Shown here in pieces: positions 24,476 to 38,379 of a DNA stretch of 64,000 nt. The position numbers were made by a program, and so were the translations under genes. This DNA is from Ophelia neglecta. Taxonomy: Eukaryota. The notes under the pieces were generated by a model, which saw nothing but the letters and a program-made list of their open reading frames with translations, did no database searches and was not told the origin of the DNA. The stretch's first letter is position 1, and each line of letters opens with the position of its first letter. The stretch is from positions 45,322,001 through 45,386,000 of the forward strand of contig OZ260666.1 in the NCBI GenBank assembly GCA_965285935.1. The letters run 5' to 3'.

Positions 24476-27400
24476 TGTGGCATACAACTAGGTATAAGGT
24501 TTTATAGTTCCTAGCACTGACTTCATCATTTTGTTGCTGAACCCTTTCAACATCTCCCAGAGGACGAAAAAACACTTTATATCAGATGCTGAGGATTTGG
24601 TTTAGGTCACTTATTGATGAAGCTAGGCTTTCTGGATAGCATTCACCATGACAAGCCACATCAGTAATGGTTACACTCAAAATAGACATCATTAAAGGCA
24701 ATCCTTACAAAAGTAAGTGTCATCTTCATTTCAAGGTTTAATGCATCTGAAAACTGGTTGAAAGCAAGATGGCTTTCTTGGCTATTTTCTTATGCAGCAG
24801 CATGGGGTTTGATGGCATAAACTTGATTAAACAGACTGTAAAGTTCATTACCTTAAAGGTTTTAACAAGCAGTACAAGTTTATTTGCCAAGCATTGCATC
24901 TGCAACAGCTCTGTCACAAATTTCAGTCCTATTTCATAGTCTAATATTTAGGTATATGTATTGTAGAATTGCTTTCTTCCTTCCAATGCTGTTAATTTTT
25001 TGATTTGTGCAGTTAGAAATCAAAAATTATGTTTTATGTGTTTGATTACAAGTAGCAAGAAATCATCCAATGGCACCTAGTCTTTTGGGGAAAACAAAGA
25101 AATGATAGATTCCCCATAGGATTCTGCATTCCCCACTTTTCTTGACCGGTTACCCTGCCAAACTCAGCGTCTTTTAACCTGTCATCAATCACATTGACGT
25201 AAATCTTACTGCTCAGATCACCTAGACTCTTTTGACCTTAGAAATATGATGTCTGTTCTCATTCGGGTGCTTGTGACTTGGTGGAGGGAAATCTAGTGAA
25301 ATCAACAGAAATTGGTGGTCGTTCAAGCATGCTCTGCTAAATAGATCCTTGGCGACGCTGAATTAAACTTTAATCAAGTTGACTGAAATCTGAATGAGGA
25401 GAGGTTTGAGCAGACGACAAGCAGATCACTCTCACTTACCGTGGCCACTGCTGCGTGTGATTCTCAATTGTCTTCCAAGGGGCATAAAACTTGTGGATGA
25501 ATGCTTCGTCAATGACGCTCAAGTGATTATGCATTTCGTACACAAATTTCTTCCTTATTTTGTGACAATTATTGTCCATTTTGTTGCTCTGTTTAATCTT
25601 TTGACTGCCTGGCTCTTGTCTTTAAGATTTAGTGATATTTTATCAATGAATGCTGGCAGATTTATTTAACTCAGGAATGTCAAGAAAACCCTCCCTGGTG
25701 TGTCATGAAATATGCTGTCAAATAAACACCCATACCATGTCATGTACTTCAATAAATTGCACTCCCCCTATTTTTATGGTCACATTGTACCCATGGTAAA
25801 ACTGGCCGATTCTGAGATTCTTTAATGAAGTGGCCATAATGCATCCATCAGGACTGGATAGGGAATAACAAAATACGGCACAGTTAAAATCAGTTCAAGT
25901 TTTTAAGCCCACTGGATACTTATTATATTCACAAAACATTGGGTTTGAGCTTGGCAGTGATACAACTACTCAATCTTTGCTGGTACTTAATATTGATTAT
26001 TGCAGTAATAAAACTAAATTTTTTGTATGTACACATAAGTGATTATGTGTAGGCCGGCCTACTACTCGCCCAACCACTACTAAGGATGCTGGGGTCTGCT
26101 GAGTCGCTGATCACAATCAGGTTGGTCTCAGCGACTTGCCGGATCCTTATCCCTTATCCTCTAGATGGATCCAGTCACCATAATATCGATTGACTATTTA
26201 TGGAATGGCTTTCATCCATGAGAACACCAAACATCATTGTTTGCCACCATTGCCAACTCATCAGACAGGTTCTGATTAGAAATTAATCTTATTTAGATTG
26301 GGATTGGTACATATTTATAACAAGGTGTGTGTTCATGTTTGAGGGAAAGGGGGGGGGGGGGCTAAAGAGTTATATATATATATATATATATATGTATTGT
26401 TTACTACATGGAGATTGGTTTGAATCTGTTCAGTGTTACAAGTCTCTACTTTTGCAGTTGCAGGAGCATGATAATTTTCCCAGGAATGAATATTCCATCT
26501 TGTTTGATAGTTTAAATGAATAATGTACTGCCTATGGAAATTTTAAATGTTCAATGAATTTTATACTGTTAATATAATTCTTAGCTATTATCAGTTAACT
26601 GTCTCTTTATTATATTCTATTAAAGCTAGTAATACCACCAATCCTGCTGTGGATAGCACAATAATTTTATCCTCTATGTATAATTAATTCATGTATATAT
26701 AATTTTGTTTGGTGATGTCACTGATTTAATCTGGGGACTTAATTAAGACAAGTTACCAAAAATAAACCAAATAACTGGATACATGACAGTATTATTTTGT
26801 AATGTGATTCTGGTAATTAATTGCCAGATAATTAATTACCATAATATTGCCATAATCATAATCTTTGTAAATCGCATTACAAGATTTCACTAATCAAAGT
26901 TTCCATGAAAATAAAATCAACCTGATCATGAACACATACAGCTTAACGTGGAAATACACGTACAGTAGGTTTGTTTGTACATATATATTGTTTCATTACC
27001 TAAATGGACAGTCTTTCCAGGTAAAGCTGAAGTGCTTGTTTCAGATGGTTTAAATATTGTTCACATTGTGCAATAATTAGTTTGAAATGGAATCATTGAA
27101 TGAAGGGGGTCAAAGTTCACTTCATCACATGACTTACAGTAATTTCACTTGTAACTTTTGGCATCACTTTCATTTACAATTGAATATTTCGTATTGGAAA
27201 GGTTCCCGAAATTGAAGAAGAACAATTTAATCAAATACATCTGCCACCAAAAGGGACACCACTTTGTGCAATTTAATTAAAAAGTCGGTGTTCCAAATTA
27301 ATATTGCAGTAGCTCTTCAAATTAGTTCATGTAATATTCTTTCCAGTATAATAAAGCCACAATACACATCCTAAACCTGACTAGGGAAATTTAAGGAGCA

Positions 27401-27741
27401 TATATAATATCATATCTGTAGGTTGTTCTCCTTTGTTCACCTGCAATACAAAAAAAAACATAGAATTATTAACTGCCTTATTGCACTTTGTTTTGCTCCG
27501 GTTGTCGTTTGATGTGTTTTCATTTATTTGATGGAAAAATTTAATCATAGTTGGATCCTCTATTTTACATTATATTACCAGTAAATTCATTAAAACTTCC
27601 AGTGCAAAACTCAAATGAAGATTGGCTTTGGCAAATTACCTTGGAAAATCCTTTTTCCAAAGGTTGAAAAAATGACCAAAAAAGGTATATCCAATTTATC
27701 CTTGAAAGATATAACAGAAGGCAAATAGTGCCTGCAGTTAT

Positions 27742-28635
27742 CAAGACCATGGGGAATAATGGTATGTGACAAGACCATGGGGAATAATGGTTTGGGACAA
27801 GACCATGGAGTATGATGGTATGTGACAAGACCAAGGGGAATGATGGTTTTTGACAGTACCATGGGGAATGATGGTATGTGACAAGACCATGGGGAATAAT
27901 GGTTTGTGACAAGACAATGGGGAATGATGGTATGTGACAAGACCATGGGGAATGATGAGCACAATGGTATGTGACAATATCATGGTCAATGATGAGCACA
28001 ATGGTATATGACAAGACCGTAGGGAATGATGAGCACAATGTAAAATGACAAGACCATAGGGAATGATGAGCACAATGGTAAATGACAAGACCATGGTCAA
28101 AGATGAGCACCATGGTACTGTATGTGACAAGACCATGGGGAATGATGAGCACAATGGTATGCAACAATACCATGGGAAATGATGAGCACAATGGTACGTG
28201 ACAAGACCATGGGCAATGATGAGCACAATGGTATATAACAAGACCATAGGGAATAATGAGCACAATGGTATGTGACAAGACCATAGGGAATGATGAGCAC
28301 AATGTAAAATGACAAGGCCATGGGGAATGATGAGCACCATGGTATGTGACAAGACCATGGTCAATGATGAGCACAATGGCATATGACAAGATCATGGTCC
28401 ATGATGAGCACAATGGTATGTGACAAGATCATGGTCCATGATGAGCACAATGGTATGTGACAAGACCATGGTCAATGATGGTATGTGACAAGACCATGGG
28501 CAATGATGAGCACAATGGTATGCAACAGGACCATGGGAAATGATGAGCACAATGTTATGTGAAAAGACCATGGGCAATGATGATCACAATGGTATGTGAT
28601 AAGACCATGGGGAATGATGAGCCTGATGGTATATG
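27742..28635. repeat. Bipartite minisatellite: seven 28-bp units then ~18 37-bp units
   Basis: CAAGACCATGGGGAATGATGGTATGTGA starts at 27742, 27770 ... 27910. From 27938 the unit carries an extra 9 bp (ATGAGCACA). Confidence 0.95.
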
Positions 28636-29640
28636 CTCCAACTATGATCCCTGGCACTTTTGGATGTATGAATCATTGGTCAAATGCTAAACACAGTATG
28701 CCCTGCTCACAAAATACACATACAAAGAATAGCTCCCAAACTCTATGAATTAATTTGGCTCTAAGGGATAAAATGTTGGCAACATTCTAAGCACAAGTTA
28801 TGGTTCCTCCCTTTCGGTGACCTAGCTTATTCACAGCATTCTGGCCTGCTGCTTCCCTAGTAACAATCATGACATTCTGAAATTAGTGCCATTAAATGGG
28901 TGATTGTCTTGAACTGAACTGTTTTGGTAGTGGTGCCCACTACCCAGCAGTATGCCTGAATAGTATGGCAGTCCACTTGATTGCAAGTGCTATACTACTT
29001 TGTTAAGAGTACTTATCCCAACTGATTCAAGGTGAATGCACTATATGCATCTCATGATAAAAGATCTGCCAATGCATGTCCATGGAGCTGTGGAAGTCAG
29101 GGTTTGCTGCTTGCAGCTTTACAGCATCTTCCTCATTATTCTACTCATATTGAATGTTTAGCTGTAATATGAGTGCAGTGTATCCATCATGCCTCTGGTT
29201 TGATGAGGTTTTATAATCCTGGTCAGTATTCTCAGGCACCTGCTCTGATATCAAAAGGCCAGGCCAGAGGATATTACGCTTGATGTATGTCTTGTCCTGA
29301 CCAAGTCACAATATTAGGTTATTAGTATGTGACAGTGGCCTCCTCAGAAATTAACCCTGAGCACCGGGATCAGTGTGGGTCAGTGTGATGTACCTAGGAG
29401 GGTCTTCAAACTACAGCTAAGGGTTCCCCTTTCCTAAAGGATCATGTGTCTCTACAGGCTGGTGCCCGAGCGGTAAATTAACTATAAGCATTGGCTATGT
29501 GCACTGTTATTATTCTGAAGATTAATCACAAACAAAAATCATATGAATATGAATAAATGTGCAATTCTAGTATTGATTTTCAGCCCAATTATTTGCATAA
29601 AAATAATTGTGATCTCTTATATTGTGTCCTGATTTCTCAG

Positions 29641-29683
29641 TCTACTGGGTGTGGTTTCTCAGCATGTAATTTGCGTTTTAAAG
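29641..29683 (+). other. Candidate short non-coding exon (possible leader for isoform B)
   Basis: Acceptor GTCCTGATTTCTCAG ends at 29640, and the perfect donor AAG|GTAAGT starts at 29684. Confidence 0.3.
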
Positions 29684-31730
29684 GTAAGTAATGAGATTGC
29701 CCATCAGATCTTTCATGCTCTTCATCATTATTTACTGGTCCCTCATTACAGGCCAGCTAGAAGATGATGTAGCCACTTGGCCATTATGGAGGAAACCATT
29801 AGCTCTTGTTTGGAAACAAGAGTTATTGATCAACTGGTGATTGGCTTTAATCATGGTTTGATTAGTGTGTGGCGGAGCCCCCTAAAGGATTCTAGTGGCT
29901 CTTCTGTGCTGGAAACCAAGAAAGTTGGGATATGCACAAAAAGAGCTCAATATCTCATTCCTAACATTTCATGCCAAGAGCAATTTCTGTAAGATTCTGG
30001 GATGAATTAGCATTGTTCTACTGTAAGCAATCCCACAGTTATAATACCTTTGTGCTTGGGCCCTTGGCAACAGTTCATGGCAGTATCTCTAAAACATACA
30101 TGTAAATACAGGCTTAATGTAGGTTTATTATGTAAATGTATAAATATAATATGTACATTTGAAACTAATATGACCAAAATTAATTAGCTAAACCAAGATT
30201 CAAGATATCATTTTTTACGGTTATGACTCAAGTTTAAGTCCTGATTAATGAAATGCAGACACAACATTTCATTTGTTCACATACAGCACTTTTTATGGAC
30301 CTTTTTAAGAAGCAACCAAGAAACTGATACCGCAGTTGTAGGAATTTATCAATTAATTATGTCTTATGGCATGCAACCATAACCTGTGAGATCTGTTACT
30401 CAAAATTAAGATGAGTTACTCAATCTTGTTGGGGGATCCTGAGCGCCTGTACTCTGATTGAGTTCAACCGGGGAATTCCAGGCTGCATCAGAAGTCATCT
30501 ATATTCAACCTTTTTTTACCAGCCTAAACAGGTGATATTTTGACCCAAATTGAGAGTTATTTGTTCAATTAAACTGTATATTTAGTGCTCAATCAAAATT
30601 AGGTCGTGGCTAGGAAAGAGCTGTCTGTGTTTCTTTCATCCCATCAAAGCAGTCAGATGTTTTCAGATGATTGATGTTTTGGTCCAAAAAATACAAAATT
30701 GTTAGAGAGACTTTTTATTAATCATATTCACTATGATTCAAGCCACCCTTTCTTTTAATATTAAGGCAAGATCAATATTTAATTAAGATGATGGATAATA
30801 CTAGTACACTAACAGGCTAATAGATAAGATGCTGAATTTTAGAGTACCCACTTCGATAATTAAATGTTGCCGCCAACCTGGAAATATTTTGTTGTTACCA
30901 GTGAGGAAACGAAAAAAATAATTATGCAAAAGCTAATCCCAATGATTGTAATGTCCCTCACTATGCGTTCCAGACTAGAGCAAGCATAAAACAAATGTGG
31001 AATGTTCTCAGACTGGTAGATGAGTGAAATTTTCTCAGATTGGTAGATCTGTGAATTAAATGATCCCAAACTGGTAGATGTTGTCCTGTTAGCCAAAATT
31101 ATAAAAAAGCAGTATTATTTTTCTGTTTGTATTCACAAACATTCACTGTATTCATTCTTATACCACCAAAGTTTATCCCAGCTACATGTACATACCTATA
31201 GGTATGCATATATGCATGCCAATTTATTTCCATTTAGATTATAAAACCAGAGGTTTTCCATCACAGTATTAATTTACTTATGGGTACTGGTATTGAGCTT
31301 CCAACATTCCAGAGGTAACATGTTTAGTTACCACTAGAATATTCTGGCCATTGACATAGTAACTGTACATATTATGCTACTAGTATGAAGTCATAATTGG
31401 CATATTGTCCACAAAAGTCAACATTGGCAGTAAAGGGGTTAGGGATTTTTGAACTGTAGTTAAAGCAGTATTTTACATGTACCAATATAAAGCAGTATTT
31501 TAATCTCAATTGATAAAAAGAGCTCATCTGAAAGAACTAATCTTTATATCTATCTTAAGCTACAGGTAGTCAATGAATCATTAGTTTGTTAAGATTTCAC
31601 TCTTTTTCCAATTTTGTTCGGTTACATTAAACTGATTAGGTTATAAACTTTATGTGAACACTATAAGTAAATACAGGAAGCAACATTTTATTCTGATATT
31701 ACTGAGTACATTCCTTCTAACTGCATGATA

Positions 31731-31911
31731 ACAATTAGACCTGTGTTTGTGGTCACCTGTTTAATAAGGTCACCTGCCCACTAAGGTCACTTATTAATTG
31801 CCCAATCCCCATTTATGCCTGTGTTAACTGGCCTGCCTATTAAGGTCACCTGCATAATCTGATCAGTTTTTTACAGCCCCTTGACTGACCTGATTAGACA
31901 GGTTTCCTGTA
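31731..31911. mobile_element. Degenerate Tc1/mariner-type MITE (~180 bp)
   Basis: The ends ACAATTAGACCTGT ... ACAGGTTTCCTGTA form decayed inverted repeats. Repeated internal AAGGTCACCTG motifs give the same architecture as the 23609 MITE. Confidence 0.6.
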
Positions 31912-32253
31912 TGTGGTTACTCAGGATATATAAAGCTGTATTTCATTCCAGTTTTGTGGATTGTTTAATGGTACTTTTTTTTCTATTCAAAATATAGTAC
32001 AAAGTGAGTACATTAAACAGTAAATTCATTCCTGTTGAACAAAATGTAAGACAGTTTTTCCCAGGTTTTGAAGAATATATAGTGATATATTATAAGGATT
32101 TTACCCTATATATATCAGTATTATTTTAGGAAACATATTGGGCAAATATAAAATTCAAACATGTATAGCATAAATGTAGACTGGTTATTAGGCTATACCC
32201 TATCTGATAGCATAAATGGTTACCCATAGGAACAAATTTACACTTGAAGAGAA

Positions 32254-32320
32254 CGCCCATCAGGGATGTAACCCCAGTCTCCTGACCAGGCCAGGGTCTT
32301 TAACTACTGCCCCTGGGCTA
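32254..32320 (-). pseudogene. Decayed tRNA-like / SINE head fragment
   Basis: The minus strand reads GCAGTAGTTAAAGACCCTGGCCTGGTCAGGAGACTGGGGTTACATCCCTGATGGGCG, resembling A-box and T-arm/B-box sequence (compare tRNA-Asp GGAGACCGGGGTTCGATTCCCCGACGGG) after CpG decay. It is not an intact cloverleaf. Confidence 0.25.
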
Positions 32321-34193
32321 TGGCACACTCCAGCGTGGCTTTAAATGGGTTTTATCTGTGAAACAGACACTATTCAGAAAGTCTGGCACTTTCTAAAGAT
32401 AACATACTGCACTAGAGTACTGGCCAGTCTAATTCATTGTGATGTCTCTGGTGTGAACACAGTAACATGTAATTTAGCAAATGAAATACATTGACAGAAA
32501 CATGAAGATAGAAAACCAGTTAACACACACAGTTCTCACTTTTCAGACACCAAAACCCCCAGAAAAATGGCCAGAAGAAAAGGTTGGTCCATTTTCAAAT
32601 TGAGCCTGGAAATTGAATTTTGATTCACATTTCTGCAAATTGATGATTAGCAGTCCTATTTTTGAGCATGGTTTAAATAAACATGTCAATAGTTTTAACA
32701 CAAACTTAGTCATAATGTAAAAAGAAATGTATTCCCTAAACTATATCATGTTTCTTTCTTTATTAGATTCTATCCTTATACAATGGTTTACTTTTAGTTA
32801 AAATTGTTGCTTTAACAATTTGAAATGTGTTTATCGCCTGCGTACACAGTGTGTTAATGGTTGAGACCACTTCAATATCCTGTTATATCATTTTACATTA
32901 TGATTTTCTTTGAAATGTGAATATGTTCTTTGAACAATTCCAGAAAGTGACTGTAGGATTATTCATACTGGCTTAATTTATTTCATCAAACAACACTAAA
33001 AGAACACATAGCTCCAATGTTATTCAAGCAAGGCTTAAATAAGTAAGTGAGGAGCCTTGGTTCTGGAGTCCAGTTCGTCTTGTCTAGGGGTGGTCTCCCT
33101 CAAGAACTTTGATATCTCTGACCAGGGACAGACCCCTGTAGATGGCTAACTTTTATCAGAACATAAACATTTGACTACTGAGGGGTGCTGCCCTCTTAGC
33201 ATTTTGATATCCCTGTTGACATGACTTATTTGACTTTCAAGGGCCCTGCCATTGGCCTCTGTTTCTTGGCTATTTCTCTCACCAGTTGCTGCCCAGTAGG
33301 GGCCTGTGTCACTTCATGCAGGATTAGAAGTTGGCAGGTTTTAGAAAATTTATCAGCATAACTTCCATACTCTGGTAATGTAACATTAATAGATATAGCC
33401 TTGTTATTTGTATACCCAGAGAATCTTGTTATATGAAATACAGAAACTGTAAATACATATTCAAAAATGTTTAATACAATGTGAGCTAAGGAAATATATA
33501 TTGTAAGTAAGTAGCAGTATATATGTTATACATGTACCAATTTTCATGTTTAATAGTTTTCTGGTACTTCTGGACAAAGTTGAAACAGTTTTTTGTCTGC
33601 ATATATACACACGTATATGATATACGACGTGTAGCCATACATGTTTTATATGAGAGTGAAGTTTGAAAGCCAACTTTCTCTTTGTACAAGTCATCCATCG
33701 TGTTTGTTGTGTTTTAGAGTGATGCATGAAGCCCAAATAAATCCTGGGGCAGGATTTTTAGACTGGACAGCATCAGGTGGTATCTGACAATAGATAATGC
33801 CCAGCAACGATGACACCTGGGCTGTGAACGCTCCAAGGAACTGGTGTTTCTTAACACCTGTGATCAAACTGATATGGCATAGGCCCTAAGACAGCATTGC
33901 CTGAAGATATATCCACCTCAATTGTTTATGTATCTTTCAGTTATGAACATTTAAGTGGTCGCTTTCCTTCGATCAGTCGTTAGACATTTCTTGTCGGAGG
34001 TTGAGCCATACTGGTAAAACCATCTGTGGACCGGCCTTTTACAAATCTCACACATGTAGCAGTAGAGTATCCTTCTACTTGTGGACAATTAACAAGTTTG
34101 GATCGCCGCTGGCATCTGTTGAAAGTGTGAAGGAAAGAGTGATTTGTTATTTTTGGTGATAAATCAAGTGGAAAGTCTGAGTTGCTATAAAGT

Positions 34194-34341
34194 ATGGAGT
34201 CAATCACAAGTAAAAATGTTCCGAATGAAGTTAGCCATAATGAGGTCTCAGTGGACCCAACAGAGAAAGAAATCAAAACGGAGATATTTGACAAATTGCC
34301 GGGGGATCAAGCTGTCACCAGTGGCTCTGCTACATCTACAG
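34194..34341 (+). CDS. Alternative first coding exon, isoform B (partial): MESITSKNVPNEVSHNEVSVDPTEKEIKTEIFDKLPGDQAVTSGSATST
   Basis: Strong Kozak context AGTATGG with in-frame TAA at 34188. The exon encodes 49 codons +1 nt and ends at CAG|GTAATT (phase 1). Exon acceptor TATCTTTCAG ends at 33940. The composition is protein-like, with a psi-K-x-E SUMO motif IKTE. Confidence 0.6.
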
Positions 34342-37300
34342 GTAATTTGATGTTAATGTCAGACATAATGAGACTCCGTAATGGTAAACTCTTACCTAAA
34401 TAGACAGGCGATACATGTTAAACTGCATGATTGTTTTGTAATATCAGTGTCCATCAAAGGGTAGTTTGAGGAATTATCTGTATAATATTTTATTGCAATG
34501 AACAATGTTTAGAAATTTGTCAGATTTTAGAATTGCTGATGGCTAATTACATGACCCATCTTAAAGCACATTATTTTATTTATTATTGCCAAGATAGAAA
34601 GAAGCAACCAACCTGGCAGTATTGAATTACATGTTTATTTGATTGATTCATTCATTGATTGATTTATTGATATTGATTACTATTGATGGATAGATTAAAC
34701 AACATCTGCAATATTCACATGGTATTTTAAACTAACATAGTAATTGGCAACAGCTAGTATAAGTGCTTTTAAGAAAAGACAAATTTGCCAAGATGCAGAA
34801 CTATGTTTAAGTTAATAGTTAAGGGTCAGTATAATAGTAGCAGTAATAATTTAAGATATTAATGACCACCATTTTCCAGACAATGTTCATATTTTGGTCA
34901 CATTATGGAGAAATTATATAATTGACCACTTTGCAAGGCCCCTAAAATATTGTTCTGTGCATTTGACAAAGTTTTGTTATCTTTGATGAAAAATTTGAAA
35001 TTATATTTTCCTTTTAATCAAGGCAAAGTTGCACATTTCAGCATGTTTTCCAAAGAATACTGAGTACGTTTGGAATGATTTTATTTCCAAATGTAGCCCA
35101 TATGTGTAAGCTACCTTGGGGATGACCTAGAAAACTTTCTGAATCCCAGCTCACAGCCAAACCACATATTAATACTAAAATAATTAAAGGTATTTCTATT
35201 GTAGATCACATGAAGAAAGCTTTTAGTATTATAAATTCATCCAAAAACGTGAACTGTGTCTTTAGCACTAGAGGTGCTACTCTATAGTCTAATAACTAGG
35301 TCTTCCTTGTTTGAATTACATGAAAGGCTATACTGTCATGGCAGCTACCATACCTTTTCCCCTCTCACACGAGACACATACCAAGTGGTTGATTAGTTCA
35401 AAGAGAATCCCCTGCCAGTAGGTTTATCGTAGGATCTGGTGTGTTTCATAGCTTTTGCATTTTTACTTGCAAAGCTAACTACAGTATTCTGTATTTAGGG
35501 ACCATCATAATGACTGCTGGACTTATTATTAATTGTTAACTGTTATGTTATATATCTTGTTGACTTTTTAATTTTGCCACTACAATATCAATCTACCAAT
35601 GGAAAAAAAAATGAAAATAGAAAAAGTAAGCCATTAACAATCTGGCAGAACTCTCATTACATTAGGGCTAATTTAGATTGTTTTCAGATAGAACATATAA
35701 CTGGGGCCAATTGGGAATCCAAAATGATTAATTTTTCATTTGGTACATGCAGTACGAATTACAATTTGGTGAAATTATATTACATATCCTCATTTTAGAA
35801 AAACTAATTTGGCAACTTGTGGACTACAGGTTTAATAATTGAACTGATGTGGGTGGCAGTTGCGAGCCTCCATTTTAAAGGTGTTGATTGTAGTGTCAGC
35901 CTCAGAAGAGATAATCATGATTTCATTAGCATTACATTATAATATTAGTGTAATTACATGTTCATGTCAGTGAAATTATGGTGATTGCCAGGATAATTAT
36001 ATAAATTTAATATTTAGACCATACCAAATACTAGTGTGTTTCTCAGGCACAGGTTTTCACTCGTTATCCTGTTTAATATATTTCTGGCGTTAATTGCATA
36101 AGCTAAAATCTAACAGTAGCCATACTGACATTATTGAATATAATTTAATGGTGGTAACTTTGGTTCAGCTGTGAGTTTTTTTTAATTTTGTCCAAAGCAA
36201 TTATCTCATCACAATGGGAATTTTAAAAGAAGTTGTTACACACACACTAATGTTGCATTCAGCTTAAGGATTTTTTTCTCCTCGTAATCACAATTATTTT
36301 GGGAAAAAAGCAATCAAGTTTGTATTTGTAGGGGGAGAGTTTCCCATCATTATTCTTCTATAGTTTGGTTGCTTTTAGTTTTACACTAGTGCTCTCATTC
36401 CACCCTAGTTAGAATGAAACTTCTTGATCAGTCAGCATTATTATTATTTTTGTCCAAACCAATGCATACCATGGGTATGTTAGTTTGGTGCCATCGTTTT
36501 TTACTTTCTGTAATACAACTGAGTGTGAGGTGTGTTTCAAAAGAAAAAGAAACAATCAGAGCAGGAGTTATGACCTGGGCTAGGGCAGATAATTAAGTCT
36601 CATGCCTTAAAACAGTTTAACATAGTTTGGCCCTGATCATTAACAGGTAATGAAATAATAACCTGATTAAGTGCAGATAGAGGCCACCATAGGAGTCCAA
36701 TGAGAGAACAACTAACACGTCCATTTGTCCTCGTAGTTGGAGAAAAACAGGCTTACATGAGCTGGGTTTTTCTGTTCACCAACTTTTGCTTATAAACATG
36801 ATGATGAAGTATGTAAGAGATTCACTTCTGTGTCATATTCCTCCTAAGATAAAGAGATGAGAATGCTATCAAACAATCATGTAAACACTGTTGTGTTTCA
36901 TTGTGCTGCCAGAGCAATGTCAGCGCTTCATTTGGTATTATTGTGCGGTGAGATTGTGGCACAGTAATAACTAGTACAGCATAGACATCGCTAAGACTGC
37001 ACAATAATACTGATTGCCACATTGACCAGTGCACCTTTTATGCTTGAACAATATATAAGCAAATAGACACACTTGAAAAATATTAAAACTTGGTCCATGT
37101 CAATTCATAATGTACCATTGTGTATGCATATATATATGCTATGATTCCACTGTAGTGATGGTTGGTTCTTTGGTTCTAGTCCACCCCCAGACTCTTTTTG
37201 GAAGTGGTTAATCAGAAAACAACATTCTAAACAGATCATGGTGTAATATCATGAAAGCAATTTACTCTCAACCGGCCTGTCATCATTTATTCTAAGTTGA

Positions 37301-38379
37301 GTTTAAATTCTAATTAATTTTGCCATAAATATTGGATGGCCTCTGCTGTCAGTAGCATGCTGATTGTGATCGGTCCATCATTGATAGAGTCACATGATTA
37401 GGGTGTCTGTCAGGGACTGATAAGAACCGGCTGAATGGCTGGCTGCCATGCTGCTTTAAAGGCAGCCAATGTCTACAGCAAGGAGAGCTAGGGGAGCCTG
37501 GCTCAAGGCTACAGACGCAACTGCTTTAGGAAATGTCTAGTTAGGGCCAGAACAATTGGGAGAACCAATTCTGCTGTGCACTTTTTGTTTTGTAACTGGT
37601 ACAGACTTTAAGATTACTTGTGTACGCAAATTGTTCAGTTTTATAATAAAGATATGAGTATAATTCAACAATAGAAAAGACAAAGTTTAATACGTTGTCC
37701 AATAAATTACATTTAACCTTTAAATGCAAGGTCACATTTTCAATTGTTTGTCAATAACAGCCAAATAATGTGAGATACAAGTAGGATTTTCACAAGTATT
37801 GAAAGACTGTCTATATAACTGTGTTGCCACAACATGAATGCTGTCTCCTTGCTTATAGACAGTCTTGTTCGGTGTGTTCTCTTTCTCTTCAGATATTCTG
37901 TGGAAATGTACTGACAGACAGGTTAATTTGTCTACAGATTCAAAACTAGCCATAGTTCACTCTTATATGCATAATACATTGAAATGGCTATAGCATGACT
38001 CTTAAAAGTTAATTTTGAATGAATACTGAAGCAATTCAATTAAATTGTGAATTGATTGGTTAATATGTAGTTTAGTTTCTTTGAGTATATTTATATTAAG
38101 TATATTTCATGATATGTAGCTAGTATCTAATTTGTAGATGAAAAAAATTGTTATTTTAAATTAAATTATGAATTTTGTTTTAATATTCAACATACAAATT
38201 CAATTTAATATAGCGTACATTTGCTCTTCTATAATTGGTAAAATGATATCCACAAAATGAAATGAATAATGTTAATATATGTACAAAATACAAGAAACCT
38301 GCATATCTGCACAGCTCATTTTGTTTTTCATGTAATTTCGTCAAATAAAAAAATGCTTTTTTTTAAACTCTGGCAATCT

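Noticed and set aside
27565-28657. Long overlapping minus-strand ORFs (282, 213, 117 aa) and a CRISPR-like 28-37-bp periodicity
   Set aside because: The units are contiguous with no unique spacers and there are no cas genes. The ORFs arise because the repeat lacks stops and cycles through frames.
15214-34341. Assigning a gene symbol (e.g. a nuclear receptor or other transcription factor)
   Set aside because: Only low-conservation N-terminal peptides are present, and no diagnostic domain lies in the window.
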